A stretch of 64,000 nt of DNA from an uncultured Flavipsychrobacter sp. (GTDB lineage Bacteria; Bacteroidota; Bacteroidia; Chitinophagales; Chitinophagaceae), in NCBI GenBank assembly GCA_964464965.1, contig CAYXHM010000001.1:251947-315946 (forward strand), read 5' to 3'. A program made the position numbers and the translations under genes. This document shows, piece after piece, positions 9,473 to 18,821 of the stretch. The notes beneath the pieces were generated by a model. That model was not told the DNA's origin, made no database searches, and saw nothing but the letters and a program-made list of their open reading frames with translations. Every line of letters begins with the position of its first letter. Position 1 is the first letter of the stretch.

Positions 9473-9480
9473 CAAAGGTA
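9473..9480 (-). promoter_or_regulatory. -7 promoter motif (TACCTTTG) for the LolA-like gene
   Basis: Exact TAnnTTTG match on the minus strand, 52 nt upstream of ATG 9421. Confidence 0.45.
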
Positions 9481-9606
9481 AGGCCAATAAAACATAAAAT
9501 AATGTTATTAATCATTTTCCAGGCTTTATCATTTATTTATGAACGTTTTGAAATGCAGCGTGTTATATTACTATACATTATTTTGAACAACTAAAAACCA
9601 GGCGTT

Positions 9607-9810
9607 ATGAACGAGAAAACTAAAAATATGTTGCATAAAATGCACGATATGACACAAGAGTGCGAAGTAGCACCTAAAAGTCTTCTGCAAAGAGGTAAAG
9701 ACATGATCAACAGAATCAACTTTAAAGGAGTAAATAAGCCGATGGTAAGCGCCGGTGCACTAGGACTGGTAGCAGCCGCGGGACTTACTTATTACCTGGC
9801 GAAAAGATAG
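9607..9810 (+). CDS. Small tail-anchored membrane protein, hypothetical
   Basis: 67 aa with a single C-terminal hydrophobic helix, MVSAGALGLVAAAGLTYYLA. A strong terminator follows. Confidence 0.5.
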   Translation: MNEKTKNMLHKMHDMTQECEVAPKSLLQRGKDMINRINFKGVNKPMVSAGALGLVAAAGLTYYLAKR

Positions 9811-9831
9811 TAGTAGTAGTATGATTGATAG

Positions 9832-9868
9832 AAAACGGGGAATGTCTGTAATAAACATTCCCCGTTTT
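9832..9868. terminator. Bidirectional terminator (small ORF on +, aspartokinase on -)
   Basis: aaaacggggaatgt / ctgtaataa / acattccccgtttt is a perfect 14-bp stem. Confidence 0.85.
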
Positions 9869-9889
9869 TGTGTTTGGGTAAGTTGTATG

Positions 9890-11155
9890 TTACATCAATA
9901 CCAACTGTACGGTATGCCTTGTTTTCTGCTCCAGCAGTATATGCCTGCCTTTGGTAAGATCGCTTAGTACCTCCGGCGTATAATGCCTGATGGTGAGCAG
10001 GCTCAGGTCCTCATTATCAGACACGTTATAGTCTTTGCTGAGTATGGACACCAGTTCCTGCAACTTGCCCCGCTGGTTGTCTATACAAGCCACAAAACTG
10101 ATAGCTGCATTCTGTATCAGGTTCACCTGTATGTTCAGTTTATGAAACACATCGTACAGGTCGCGCAGTTTACTTTCTGTAATGAAGGAGAAATCTTTGG
10201 CTGTCAGCTTCAGCAGTACCTGGTTGCCTTTCTGCACTATCAATGGGGGATAAAACATACTGCTTACCTGGTTCATCACCACGGTGCCTTTCAGATTCCT
10301 GTCCAGGAAGCATTTTACATACAACGGTATGTTGTTATTTTGTAGTGGTTTTATTGTTTTGGGGTGTATTACCTGCGCGCCATAATAGGCCATCTCTATT
10401 ACCTCATCATAGCTTATGGCATCTATCCTTACGGTATTGGCAAACTTCTTAGGGTCAGCATTCTTCAGGCCTTCCACATCCTTCCATATGGTTACGCCTT
10501 CAGCATGCAGCCAGGCAGCAAGTAGTGCGGCCGTATAGTCAGACCCCTCCCTGCCCAGCGTAGTGGTGGCATTGTCTGACGTAGCGCCTATGAAGCCCTG
10601 TGTAACAATACTTTTTCCCTCTTGCAGCAAGGGCATTAGCTTCTGCTGCGCCTGTTGCATAGAATATTCGTTATCTACCCTTGCATCACGGTAAGTATCA
10701 TCGGTACGTACAATATCACGCACATCTACCCAGGCCAGGTTCATACCCTGCTGTTGCAGGAAGAAGGCGAAGATGCGGGTAGACAGCAACTCGCCTATAC
10801 ATACCACCTGGTCGTAAGTGTAATCGTATTTATGATTTGATGCATCATCAATAGCCCATTGCATTTCTGTAAAGAACACATTGAGTGCCTGCTCTGCCTC
10901 TGCATGATATTTGGGGTCCAGCACTGCCCTTGTGTATTCTATATGCTGTTTTTCCAGCACCTTCGCCTGGTCTGCAGCACCCTGTTTATCGCCCTTGCAG
11001 GCCGCATCCACTATGCTTTCCAGGGCATTGGTAGTTTTACCCAATGCTGATACTACTAATACTACCGGCTGTTTTGCAGCTTCAATAATAGGCCACAGGG
11101 CCTGCATACGCTCGGCGGTGGCTATAGATGCCCCTCCAAATTTGTAAACTTGCAT
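9890..11155 (-). CDS. lysC: Aspartate kinase
   Basis: The N-terminus MQVYKFGGASIATAERMQ and the internal GREGSDYTAALLAA are typical aspartokinase motifs. The C-terminal ACT-like region is present. Confidence 0.9.
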   Translation of the reverse strand: MQVYKFGGASIATAERMQALWPIIEAAKQPVVLVVSALGKTTNALESIVDAACKGDKQGAADQAKVLEKQHIEYTRAVLDPKYHAEAEQALNVFFTEMQWAIDDASNHKYDYTYDQVVCIGELLSTRIFAFFLQQQGMNLAWVDVRDIVRTDDTYRDARVDNEYSMQQAQQKLMPLLQEGKSIVTQGFIGATSDNATTTLGREGSDYTAALLAAWLHAEGVTIWKDVEGLKNADPKKFANTVRIDAISYDEVIEMAYYGAQVIHPKTIKPLQNNNIPLYVKCFLDRNLKGTVVMNQVSSMFYPPLIVQKGNQVLLKLTAKDFSFITESKLRDLYDVFHKLNIQVNLIQNAAISFVACIDNQRGKLQELVSILSKDYNVSDNEDLSLLTIRHYTPEVLSDLTKGRHILLEQKTRHTVQLVLM

Positions 11156-11199
11156 TTTATCTATTCAAAGTTTAAAGAATAATCGTTGTTATAATTTTA

Positions 11200-12462
11200 T
11201 TAACTGAGTACCACCAGCTTTTGCAGCGCGTTTTCCAACATACCCAGCATTTGGGGTATCTCCTCTTTGCTGCAAGTGCCGATGCTTAACCTGTACCATG
11301 GAGATTGCCTGTTGGCACCAAATGCATAAAACGGCACTATTGCCAGCTTTGCCTCATTCAGCAGGTATTCCGTAACATCGGCCTGTGTAGCGAGTGCTTT
11401 GCCATCTGCATCTTTACCGGCAAGGTCTATACTGATGGTAAGGTATATAGCAGCCTGCGGCACTATGGCATCTACAGGATACCCCTTTTCTTTTAACGCA
11501 ATGATACCATTGTATATAGCCCAGAGCCTATCTTCCAGTTGTTTTTTAAAGAATGTAAAATAGTTGTCTATCGCATCTTTCTGAGCCAGGTATTCAGCCG
11601 TAGCCACCTGCTCTGCCATGGGCGCCCAAGCGCCTATATGGCTGAGCAGCGCCTTCATCTTTGCTATAACATTTACCGGCCCTAAAGCCCAGCCCACACG
11701 CACACCTGTTGCCGCAAACGCCTTGGATATGCCATCAATAAAAATGGTGTACTCTTTCATTTCCGGCCTAAGCGATACAGGATTGTAATGTCCTGTTTCG
11801 CCGTAAGTAAGTGAGAAATACATCTGGTCGAACATCAGGTAGAGTTTCTTAGCATCGCCACGCCGCTTGTTCTCTTCCAGCACCAGGTCGCATATCTTCT
11901 CCAGTTCAGCCCTTGCCAGTGTAGTGCCTGTAGGATTTTGCGGTGTACACAGGCACAACAATGCGGCCCCCTCTATATGCGGCGCAATATCGGCAGCTAC
12001 AGGCATAAAATCATTTTCGGGGGTCACTTCTATCACGCAATGCTCACCACCATTCATATGTGTATAGTGGTTGTTATTCCACGATGGTACGGCATATATC
12101 ACTTTATCTCCGGGATTTACCACTGTGCGGAACAATGAATAGATAAGCGGGCGGCCACCTGCTGCTATCTGCACTTCGTTAGCTGCATACGCTATGCCTT
12201 CCCTGTCTTTTATGAAAGATGCTACAGCCTGCCTTAGCTCAAGTATGCCATCGCCTGCGGGATAATTTGTACGCTTATCACGATAAGCTTGTATGATAGC
12301 ATCTTCCAGTTCTTGCGGAATGGGAAATATCTGCGGGTCGAAATCGCCTATCGTATAGTTATATATCTTCTCCCCGCGGTTTACGCGTATGGCAATCTCG
12401 TTGCCCAGGCGTACGATCTCCGACCCTATCAGTGTTTCTGCAAGCTGGCTTAACTGGCTCAT
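11200..12462 (-). CDS. PLP-dependent aminotransferase, class I/II (AspC-like)
   Basis: 420 aa with the SKAFAATGVRVGW lysine motif and the N-terminus LAETLIGSEIVRL...IYNYTIGDFDP. It ends 44 nt upstream of lysC on the same strand, so an operon is likely. Confidence 0.85.
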   Translation of the reverse strand: MSQLSQLAETLIGSEIVRLGNEIAIRVNRGEKIYNYTIGDFDPQIFPIPQELEDAIIQAYRDKRTNYPAGDGILELRQAVASFIKDREGIAYAANEVQIAAGGRPLIYSLFRTVVNPGDKVIYAVPSWNNNHYTHMNGGEHCVIEVTPENDFMPVAADIAPHIEGAALLCLCTPQNPTGTTLARAELEKICDLVLEENKRRGDAKKLYLMFDQMYFSLTYGETGHYNPVSLRPEMKEYTIFIDGISKAFAATGVRVGWALGPVNVIAKMKALLSHIGAWAPMAEQVATAEYLAQKDAIDNYFTFFKKQLEDRLWAIYNGIIALKEKGYPVDAIVPQAAIYLTISIDLAGKDADGKALATQADVTEYLLNEAKLAIVPFYAFGANRQSPWYRLSIGTCSKEEIPQMLGMLENALQKLVVLS

Positions 12463-12499
12463 TTTCTGTTTATCTTTTTTCCAGGTTTAGGCTGAAATT

Positions 12500-12528
12500 A
12501 AAAAAGGCTTACCCTTGTGAGGTAAGCC
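12500..12528 (-). terminator. Intrinsic terminator inside the 5' leader of the aminotransferase-lysC operon (candidate attenuator)
   Basis: On the minus strand: ggcttacc / tcacaag / ggtaagcc, then tttttt. The hairpin lies only ~40 nt upstream of ATG 12462 and downstream of a promoter motif at 12629-12636. Confidence 0.65.
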
Positions 12529-12563
12529 CGCTTAATAGTATGTTATAACGTTACATAAGACTA

Positions 12564-12620
12564 CTACGGCCTACCTGCTGTAAGTCGTTTCAGTTTCTTA
12601 TATGCCTTTTTTGTCATCAT
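12564..12620 (-). promoter_or_regulatory. Candidate 18-codon leader peptide MMTKKAYKKLKRLTAGRP (5 Lys, 2 Thr)
   Basis: The reverse complement of 12564..12620 reads atg atg aca aaa aag gca tat aag aaa ctg aaa cga ctt aca gca ggt agg ccg tag. The last codons contain GGTAGGCC, which can pair with the 5' arm of the terminator. Confidence 0.4.
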
Positions 12621-12628
12621 TTGTGGCG

Positions 12629-12636
12629 CAAAAATA
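12629..12636 (-). promoter_or_regulatory. -7 promoter motif (TATTTTTG) for the aminotransferase-lysC leader
   Basis: Exact TAnnTTTG match on the minus strand, ~9 nt upstream of the leader-ORF ATG and 167 nt upstream of ATG 12462. Confidence 0.45.
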
Positions 12637-12661
12637 GATGTTTTATAATAATATCCAAATA

Positions 12662-14299
12662 TTATTCAAATATCTCTTTCAAAGACTTAGGTCTTTTTTC
12701 TTCCAACCATTGGAAACGGCTGAGACGCAATGAAGGTAGGTTCACTTTATCAAGCGGTGTCATTTTCTGCTTTACGTCCTTCTCAAAATAGATGTATTGT
12801 ATCTGCTGGTCTTTAAAAAGCACACGCATACGTACACTGCTGGCTTCGTTCACGCCTATGTAAGCATCGTTATCGTCTTTAGAAAACTGTATGGCCTCTG
12901 CATTGGGCTTTACCAGCACTTCGTTGATCGTATTGTCTTCAAAATAGGCAGTAAGTGTTTTACCCTGTACCTGGTCGAACAACTGCGCTTTGTCAGGCCC
13001 CGACTGTGATACAACAAATGCCTTGTCGGGAACGAACATCTTCTTCAGCTTATTACTATCTGTGTACAATAAAATAGTATCGCCCGTTACCTGGCTGCGG
13101 CGCGACCACAATATGGGGTTGTATATCATCTTCATGATAGAATCCTTCTGCGAATAGACAATACTATCGCAAAGGCCCTGCATGGAGTCTGAAAAAATCT
13201 TTACGTGGTGATAACCTATAAAATAGCGGGCGTCTGATGTGTCCTCAGCAGCTACAGCGGTTGTATCCGCTATCATTACGGTTACCTCTTTTTTCTTTTT
13301 GCCTTTACCTACTGTTTTTACAATAGCTATACTATCCCGTACAGGTACTACAGGCGCCATAAAAAATGTATCGGCCCTGATAAAAAGACTGTCGTCGCCA
13401 TTCATTTTTTTCATGACGGGCTTTACGGTGGCCAGTGTAGTTTTTTTACGCTCGTTCATGTCTGCTACCTGGCAATAAAGTGTTACCTGCTGCGCGGTAT
13501 CTATGGCTATAACATTACCCCTGGCTTTTGCAAAGCCCACCGTCTTATTATAGTAAAGGCTATCGGCTATCATGTCCTGTTCTTTGGTAATGATAGAAGA
13601 GCGGCAGGGAAAATGCGCTATTTGCTGTATGCTGCTGTAGGTACCGCAGTTGGTTTTCAGCACTGAAGAATCGCTGGTGACTACCGAATTGCCGTAAAAG
13701 GTTGTCACCTTCGTTTCGGTATTATACCCCATATCGTCAGATATGATGGTGTATTCAGGGTCGTACACATGCACGTCGTCTTTAAAGCGTGCATCCTTGC
13801 TCCTTATGTTATATACCCCGGAGTTGCTGGTAAGTGTTGTGGCATCGCTTTGCAGGGTGCCTCCTTTTGAATACACGCCTATTTTAGTGGCCATGTCATA
13901 TTCCACCTCGGTGGCCCACAGGTTATCCTTGCCATCAGTAAGGCTTACATTGCCCTGCAGGAATGCTTTTTTTGTGTTGCCTGTATATTTCAGGTAGTCG
14001 CTGATGGCCTGCGTACCATCGGGCTGCACTATCATCACATTGCCAAAGGCTTCAAAGTTGTTGCTTTGCAGGTTTACATAAGCACTGTCACAATACATGG
14101 TATTGCCCTCCTGCTTTAGTTCCACATTGTTCACCAGCTTGTTGTAGGGTACACTGTCTGTAGTAATATATTCCTGGTAGCCCGCGCTTACAATCTCAAT
14201 ATCCACCTTTTTAGCTGTATCTGCCTTTGCGCCCTGAGCATAACCCTGCACAAGGCCAAAACATACCATACATAGCAGTAGAAATGAAAATCGCTTCAT
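12662..14299 (-). CDS. OstA-like (LptA/LptD N-terminal fold) domain protein
   Basis: 545 aa with a signal peptide. It shows repeated beta-jellyroll style segments (GNV.I...D....AD...Y) as in OstA-family proteins, and sits next to mlaD-like and Omp85-like genes. Confidence 0.6.
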   Translation of the reverse strand: MKRFSFLLLCMVCFGLVQGYAQGAKADTAKKVDIEIVSAGYQEYITTDSVPYNKLVNNVELKQEGNTMYCDSAYVNLQSNNFEAFGNVMIVQPDGTQAISDYLKYTGNTKKAFLQGNVSLTDGKDNLWATEVEYDMATKIGVYSKGGTLQSDATTLTSNSGVYNIRSKDARFKDDVHVYDPEYTIISDDMGYNTETKVTTFYGNSVVTSDSSVLKTNCGTYSSIQQIAHFPCRSSIITKEQDMIADSLYYNKTVGFAKARGNVIAIDTAQQVTLYCQVADMNERKKTTLATVKPVMKKMNGDDSLFIRADTFFMAPVVPVRDSIAIVKTVGKGKKKKEVTVMIADTTAVAAEDTSDARYFIGYHHVKIFSDSMQGLCDSIVYSQKDSIMKMIYNPILWSRRSQVTGDTILLYTDSNKLKKMFVPDKAFVVSQSGPDKAQLFDQVQGKTLTAYFEDNTINEVLVKPNAEAIQFSKDDNDAYIGVNEASSVRMRVLFKDQQIQYIYFEKDVKQKMTPLDKVNLPSLRLSRFQWLEEKRPKSLKEIFE

Positions 14300-14344
14300 T
14301 TGAAGAGTTAACGGCGATAACCCTTGTATCGCTTAATTGATTTG

Positions 14345-15307
14345 TTAATCTTTCTGTTTTTTCCTTCCGAAAATTGTAACATTTATATACCGCCATGGAC
14401 GTGCATTGATATCCGCCATCAGGTCGTTTAGCGACTTCATAGTCGTCGTCAGGTTGTTGTACAATTGCTTATCATTTACCACCATACCCAGAGAGCCTTC
14501 GTTATTATTTATCTTTCTGAGGATACCGTCCAGTTGTTGCGCAGCAGATTCCAGTTCTTTCACAGTTTCCTGTATGGGTGCGCCCGAAAGGTTGTTGGTG
14601 GTTTTTTCAGCGTTTTTAATGATGTTCTCTATGCTCTGGTTGTTATTAGCCAGGTTGGTAGAAATACTGTTGGCATTCCTGATGATAGATGCCAGTTGCT
14701 CGCTTTCATTATTCAGCTTTACAGATAATTCTGAAAAGTTTTTCATCGTTACGTCCAGCGATGTTACCGTATTGGCCAGGCTGTTGGCGGTTTGTTCGTT
14801 CAGCACACCGCTTACACCTATCAGCACCGTATCCAGCGTGGTTATTACATGCCTTAAGTCCAGTATCAGCGGGGATAATTCCAGCGACAGGTTATCTATG
14901 ATACCGCCCTCTATAGAAGCAGGTAAAGTAGCACCATCTTCTACCATTTGCGTACCACTGCCCAGTTTCAGGCGTATTATTTTTGTGCCCAGCAGGTCGG
15001 CAGATGCAAGCTCTGCAGCTGTACCTACAGGGATGAGCACATCTTTATCCACCGTCATCGTCACCCTTACTTTATCACTATCCAGCAATTCTATATTGCC
15101 TACCCGGCCCACGCCCAGCCCTTTTACCTGCACGGCAGAAGAAGATTGCAAGCCCTGCACATTGTCATAATAGGCGTAGTATTCTTTTTCCCCTGAAAAC
15201 AGGTTGGACCCTTTTAAGAAGTAAAAACCAGCAAAAAAAACAAGCAATGAAACAGCCACCAGCGCACCAGTCTTTACCTCTTTGGAAAACCTCATAGAAA
15301 TTGTCAA
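14345..15307 (-). CDS. MlaD/MCE family protein
   Basis: An N-terminal TM segment (VKTGALVAVSLLVFFAGFYFLKG) is followed by an MCE domain (V.GL..GS.V...G..VG.V). The C-terminus is a long coiled-coil. The true start may be the internal ATG at 15295. Confidence 0.8.
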   Translation of the reverse strand: MTISMRFSKEVKTGALVAVSLLVFFAGFYFLKGSNLFSGEKEYYAYYDNVQGLQSSSAVQVKGLGVGRVGNIELLDSDKVRVTMTVDKDVLIPVGTAAELASADLLGTKIIRLKLGSGTQMVEDGATLPASIEGGIIDNLSLELSPLILDLRHVITTLDTVLIGVSGVLNEQTANSLANTVTSLDVTMKNFSELSVKLNNESEQLASIIRNANSISTNLANNNQSIENIIKNAEKTTNNLSGAPIQETVKELESAAQQLDGILRKINNNEGSLGMVVNDKQLYNNLTTTMKSLNDLMADINARPWRYINVTIFGRKKQKD

Positions 15308-15315
15308 TTTATTAG

Positions 15316-15323
15316 CAAAAGTA
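15316..15323 (-). promoter_or_regulatory. -7 promoter motif (TACTTTTG) for the mlaD-like gene
   Basis: Exact TAnnTTTG match on the minus strand, between the upstream terminator and the mlaD-like start. Confidence 0.4.
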
Positions 15324-15328
15324 ATAAA

Positions 15329-15346
15329 GGCCGCTTAAAAGCGGCC
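15329..15346 (-). terminator. Terminator after the 15379..18723 gene
   Basis: ggccgc / ttaaaa / gcggcc, followed on the minus strand by tttatt. Confidence 0.5.
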
Positions 15347-15378
15347 AATTAGTTTTATAAAAGCCCTCAACACATATC

Positions 15379-18300
15379 CTAAAAATCTGTGCCGATGGAA
15401 AAGTGCAGTAATGGTTTCCTGGTATGATTGTCTGTATTCCATGCACAATCGAGCCTGCCAAAGTAGCCAAACAACATGGTCCTGATACCTATACCGTACC
15501 CCAGCCCTATAATGTTCTTAGGGTCATCTATCGTTACCAAAAGCAGGTTGGTCTGGGAGGCCTGCGTGCCGGGGTCTGGGAAATACCGGGTATTACTGGC
15601 TGTAGCATCTGTTGGCCATAATTTATACCAAGCAGAACCGACATCAGCAAAAGGCACCAACTGCAGGTTGCGCAAAACTGGCGATTGTATAGGCCTGTTC
15701 AATAAAGTAGTAAGTACAGGCACCCTGAATTCTGTATTTAAAACGCCATATGTGTTGCCATTCCACGAGTTTTGTTCGTAGCCCCTCATATTGGTTGCCA
15801 ACGCCTGGAAGGCATATTGCTCACCGGGACGTATAGGTGCATCGTCAGAATACTTTGCACCCAACCAGTTGTCCACACCGCCTACGAAGTACAGTATCTT
15901 TTGCTTGCCGGCAGAATGTGCCGCTGCGAAACGTATAGCGAACGTAGCATTTTTATATATCTTCTGGTAAAAACGTATATCTGTACCCAGGTTGTAAAAA
16001 CCACCGCCACCACCATTCAGGCGGTACAGGTATTCAGCAAAAAACTTTACCCTGAAACCCCTGTAGATATTTATAGTAGGATTAATGCTGTTATCATATA
16101 CATATTCAGCCTTACTCATCATCCAATACTTCTGCCTGTCGGGCGCGGGGTAAGAGAGGCTCAGGGTATCCTGTGCTTTAAAGGCGAGCGCATCCCTCCT
16201 TAAACCCAGGTGCAGGCGCACACTTTCAAACTTATTCAGCGGGTAGCTGACGCTTCCCTGTAGCATATCCATAGTGGTTTTGCCAAGTTGCTCGTTCTGC
16301 AGCTCAAAACCGTTTGTAGTATCTATATAGGTGACAACATAGTTTGAAAACTGCGTTTGCCTCAGGTACAGCAGGCTCCAGTCAACCAATCCCTTGGCAT
16401 TTTCAAACTGCATAAAATACGCCATCCCCGAAAAATTGACAGGTAGCCTTACCCCGCCCGTAAACCGGTAATCCTCCATCAGGTCGTCGAGGCTTACTGT
16501 AACCATGCCCCCAAGAGACGGGTTTACATATTTATTGGCATTAAGGTCGGCCGGCTGGTAGCGTGTGAACAAGACAGAATTGTCTATGCGTATGCTAAAA
16601 AAATCGGGCTTGAAATTCAGCTTATAAGCCTGTGCTTTTAATTTATAATAAGTGCTGTCTGTCAACTCCACTTCGTCATCAGATAGCGTCCTTCTCTGCA
16701 GCTTTTTATCCGCTTTGGTTTCTTTTACAACTACCGGCTCTTCAGTATCATCGTCTTCAAACTGTGTTTCAAAAGCATTCCCCCTTTTCAATACAGGCTC
16801 ATCTTCTTTTACATCTATGCCGGTATTGCCCATAGCATCTTCGTTAATGACGCTCCGCTTTTTGTTCGCTTCAGACTCTTTCAGCAATGTAGGCTGTGGT
16901 GATGTTGCTTTTATATCTGTAGTCTGCAATTTCTTATAATATATCTTGTATTTACCGCCCACCTGCAAAACATCTGCCACCTGGTTGCTTACAGGGCTGT
17001 ACTGGTGTGCAATAATGTTGCGCGCGTGGTCTGTAACGGGCACTGTGTAAGATGTGTCACGGCGTTTTATATCTTTTCCCATTACAATTATGTACTGGTT
17101 GTTTATACCGCTCTCATTATACAGGTATGCATAGTTATCCGCACCGTACTGTATGGGTTGCGATATGTCCCCTGTCTTTACATCTGTAAGTTGCAGCAGT
17201 TCTTTCTGGCGTGTAGTGGTGTTGTAAAAATAAACGTTCATAGGCCCGGTGGGCAGTTCGTTTATTGCCAGCGGGGCGTCCAGGTTTGGCTTAGATCTGT
17301 TTGAGATAAACAATATCCCCCTGCGAGAGCCACCACTGACGTACCATGGCTGTAAATCGTCCCATGCGTCGTCTGTAATGTTTTTCATCCTCTTACCACG
17401 AATGGTGAATTCATACAAATCTGTTTTCCCTTTTTTTATGGCGGAGAAAATCATTTTGTCATCATCCTCCATAAAGGTCATGGTTAATACCCTGTCAAAA
17501 CGGTTTTGTGGTATGTCATAATTTTCAATCTTGGCCTTCAGCGCATTATATATACGCAGGTGCACATCATTTTTTTTCCGGTAGAGTATAGCCAGTTTAT
17601 AACCTGTGTTAGACCATGTAAGGATGGGGTAATCAGGGTCTGGTGCAGCACTGTAGTCCAGTATGCCACCGGCAAGTATTGTAGAGCGCGCCTGTGTTTT
17701 TGACGTCTTCTGTATGTGTACTTTATATTCGCCATTTTTCCATGCTACGTATGCTACATCCTGCCCTGTGGGTGATACGCGGATATCTTTTATCACAGTA
17801 CCATCTTTCGGTATATCTATTTCTATCAGCGCAGTGTTGCTATCGGGTATTTGCTGGCGGGCTTCGTCCCTGGCGTAAACGTCCTTATAAAACACTATGG
17901 CAGAATCGTAAGCCTGCCGCACCTTCATGCCCAATGTCATTTTTACACCCTGGTTCAGGCTGCTTTTTAGTTGCGTAGTATATACCAGGTTCTTCATGTT
18001 CCCCTCGCCATAGCGGTCAGATACATATTTCCAGAAGGCTTTTCCAGCCAGTTCAGGATTAACTTCAGCAAGTTTGTAAAACCCTTCTTCAGGGTAAGAT
18101 TCCATCAGGTTTTTCCAGTCGCTGTTGGCGTTGGCATCCCAGCCATCTACCAGGTAAGAAATAAATCCGTTCACCGTCCACTCAGGCAGGTTCAGCAAAA
18201 TGGCGTTGCGCACCACTTCGCGCAGGGTTTCACCAAACAGCATCCTTTCCATAACTACCCTGGCCATGCCGGAGCGTGTCTGCCTGCGCAGATCTGTATG

Positions 18301-18723
18301 TACGCCTGTAAAATATACCACCAGTTTATCGCCCACAATATCTACGGTGCCTGCAGGTATGTCCTGCAACTGGGAATCGAACTTGCGGCCAACGTTTGTT
18401 TGCTTGTACTCGTCAAAAGAGTTATAAAGTATAATATTGAACCTGCCGGGAAACTGGCCACCAAGTTTACTCTCTATTACTGCAATATCATTTTCCACCT
18501 GCTCTGCCACATACCTTGCCAGGCCTACGCCCGACCTGTCGTAGTGATAAATACGAAAATGTTTGGTGTCAAAAAACCTCCATTTGAATTTTCTGTGTTG
18601 TATCCTGTTCTGTCCATATTTTTCTACATTGGTCTGGGCCGCTATATCCTGCGGCGCTACCAATAGCAAAAAACATATATTTAGTAATAAAGCTGCTATT
18701 TTAAGCCTCGGGCAAAAGTGCAT
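15379..18723 (-). CDS. Large outer-membrane protein, Omp85/surface-antigen-like C-terminal beta-barrel (product uncertain)
   Basis: 1114 aa with a signal peptide. The C-terminus ends ...LLHFSIGTDF, the aromatic terminal residue typical of OM beta-barrels. The middle region looks TolB-like beta-propeller (YSP....VA). The ORF itself is very clear; the product name is an inference. Confidence 0.6.
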   Translation of the reverse strand: MHFCPRLKIAALLLNICFLLLVAPQDIAAQTNVEKYGQNRIQHRKFKWRFFDTKHFRIYHYDRSGVGLARYVAEQVENDIAVIESKLGGQFPGRFNIILYNSFDEYKQTNVGRKFDSQLQDIPAGTVDIVGDKLVVYFTGVHTDLRRQTRSGMARVVMERMLFGETLREVVRNAILLNLPEWTVNGFISYLVDGWDANANSDWKNLMESYPEEGFYKLAEVNPELAGKAFWKYVSDRYGEGNMKNLVYTTQLKSSLNQGVKMTLGMKVRQAYDSAIVFYKDVYARDEARQQIPDSNTALIEIDIPKDGTVIKDIRVSPTGQDVAYVAWKNGEYKVHIQKTSKTQARSTILAGGILDYSAAPDPDYPILTWSNTGYKLAILYRKKNDVHLRIYNALKAKIENYDIPQNRFDRVLTMTFMEDDDKMIFSAIKKGKTDLYEFTIRGKRMKNITDDAWDDLQPWYVSGGSRRGILFISNRSKPNLDAPLAINELPTGPMNVYFYNTTTRQKELLQLTDVKTGDISQPIQYGADNYAYLYNESGINNQYIIVMGKDIKRRDTSYTVPVTDHARNIIAHQYSPVSNQVADVLQVGGKYKIYYKKLQTTDIKATSPQPTLLKESEANKKRSVINEDAMGNTGIDVKEDEPVLKRGNAFETQFEDDDTEEPVVVKETKADKKLQRRTLSDDEVELTDSTYYKLKAQAYKLNFKPDFFSIRIDNSVLFTRYQPADLNANKYVNPSLGGMVTVSLDDLMEDYRFTGGVRLPVNFSGMAYFMQFENAKGLVDWSLLYLRQTQFSNYVVTYIDTTNGFELQNEQLGKTTMDMLQGSVSYPLNKFESVRLHLGLRRDALAFKAQDTLSLSYPAPDRQKYWMMSKAEYVYDNSINPTINIYRGFRVKFFAEYLYRLNGGGGGFYNLGTDIRFYQKIYKNATFAIRFAAAHSAGKQKILYFVGGVDNWLGAKYSDDAPIRPGEQYAFQALATNMRGYEQNSWNGNTYGVLNTEFRVPVLTTLLNRPIQSPVLRNLQLVPFADVGSAWYKLWPTDATASNTRYFPDPGTQASQTNLLLVTIDDPKNIIGLGYGIGIRTMLFGYFGRLDCAWNTDNHTRKPLLHFSIGTDF

Positions 18724-18782
18724 AGTTACTGGATATTATAATATTGGTTTGCTAATTTACTTGTCAAATAAATCGTACACAG

Positions 18783-18790
18783 TAAGTTTG
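18783..18790 (+). promoter_or_regulatory. -7 promoter motif (TAAGTTTG) for the MBL-fold hydrolase gene
   Basis: Exact TAnnTTTG match, 32 nt upstream of ATG 18822. Confidence 0.45.
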
Positions 18791-18821
18791 CTATCTAAAT
18801 TACAAAAAAAGCGCTTCTTCT

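Noticed and set aside
12463-12661. A lysine (L-box) riboswitch upstream of the aminotransferase-lysC operon.
   Set aside because: The leader is only ~160 nt. I could not find the conserved L-box elements (the AGAGGCGC-type P1 or the multi-helix junction motifs). A leader-peptide attenuator fits the sequence better; see findings.
14406-15170. Long antisense ORFs inside confidently called genes: 14406..15170, 17971..18666, 19586..20203, 22317..22850, 24022..24594, 26113..26829, 42717..43406 and 43509..44054.
   Set aside because: Each lies fully within a gene with strong family motifs on the opposite strand (MlaD, the OM protein, ComB, GldM, GldK, YyaL and CBS). None has a signal, a motif or an independent promoter or terminator.
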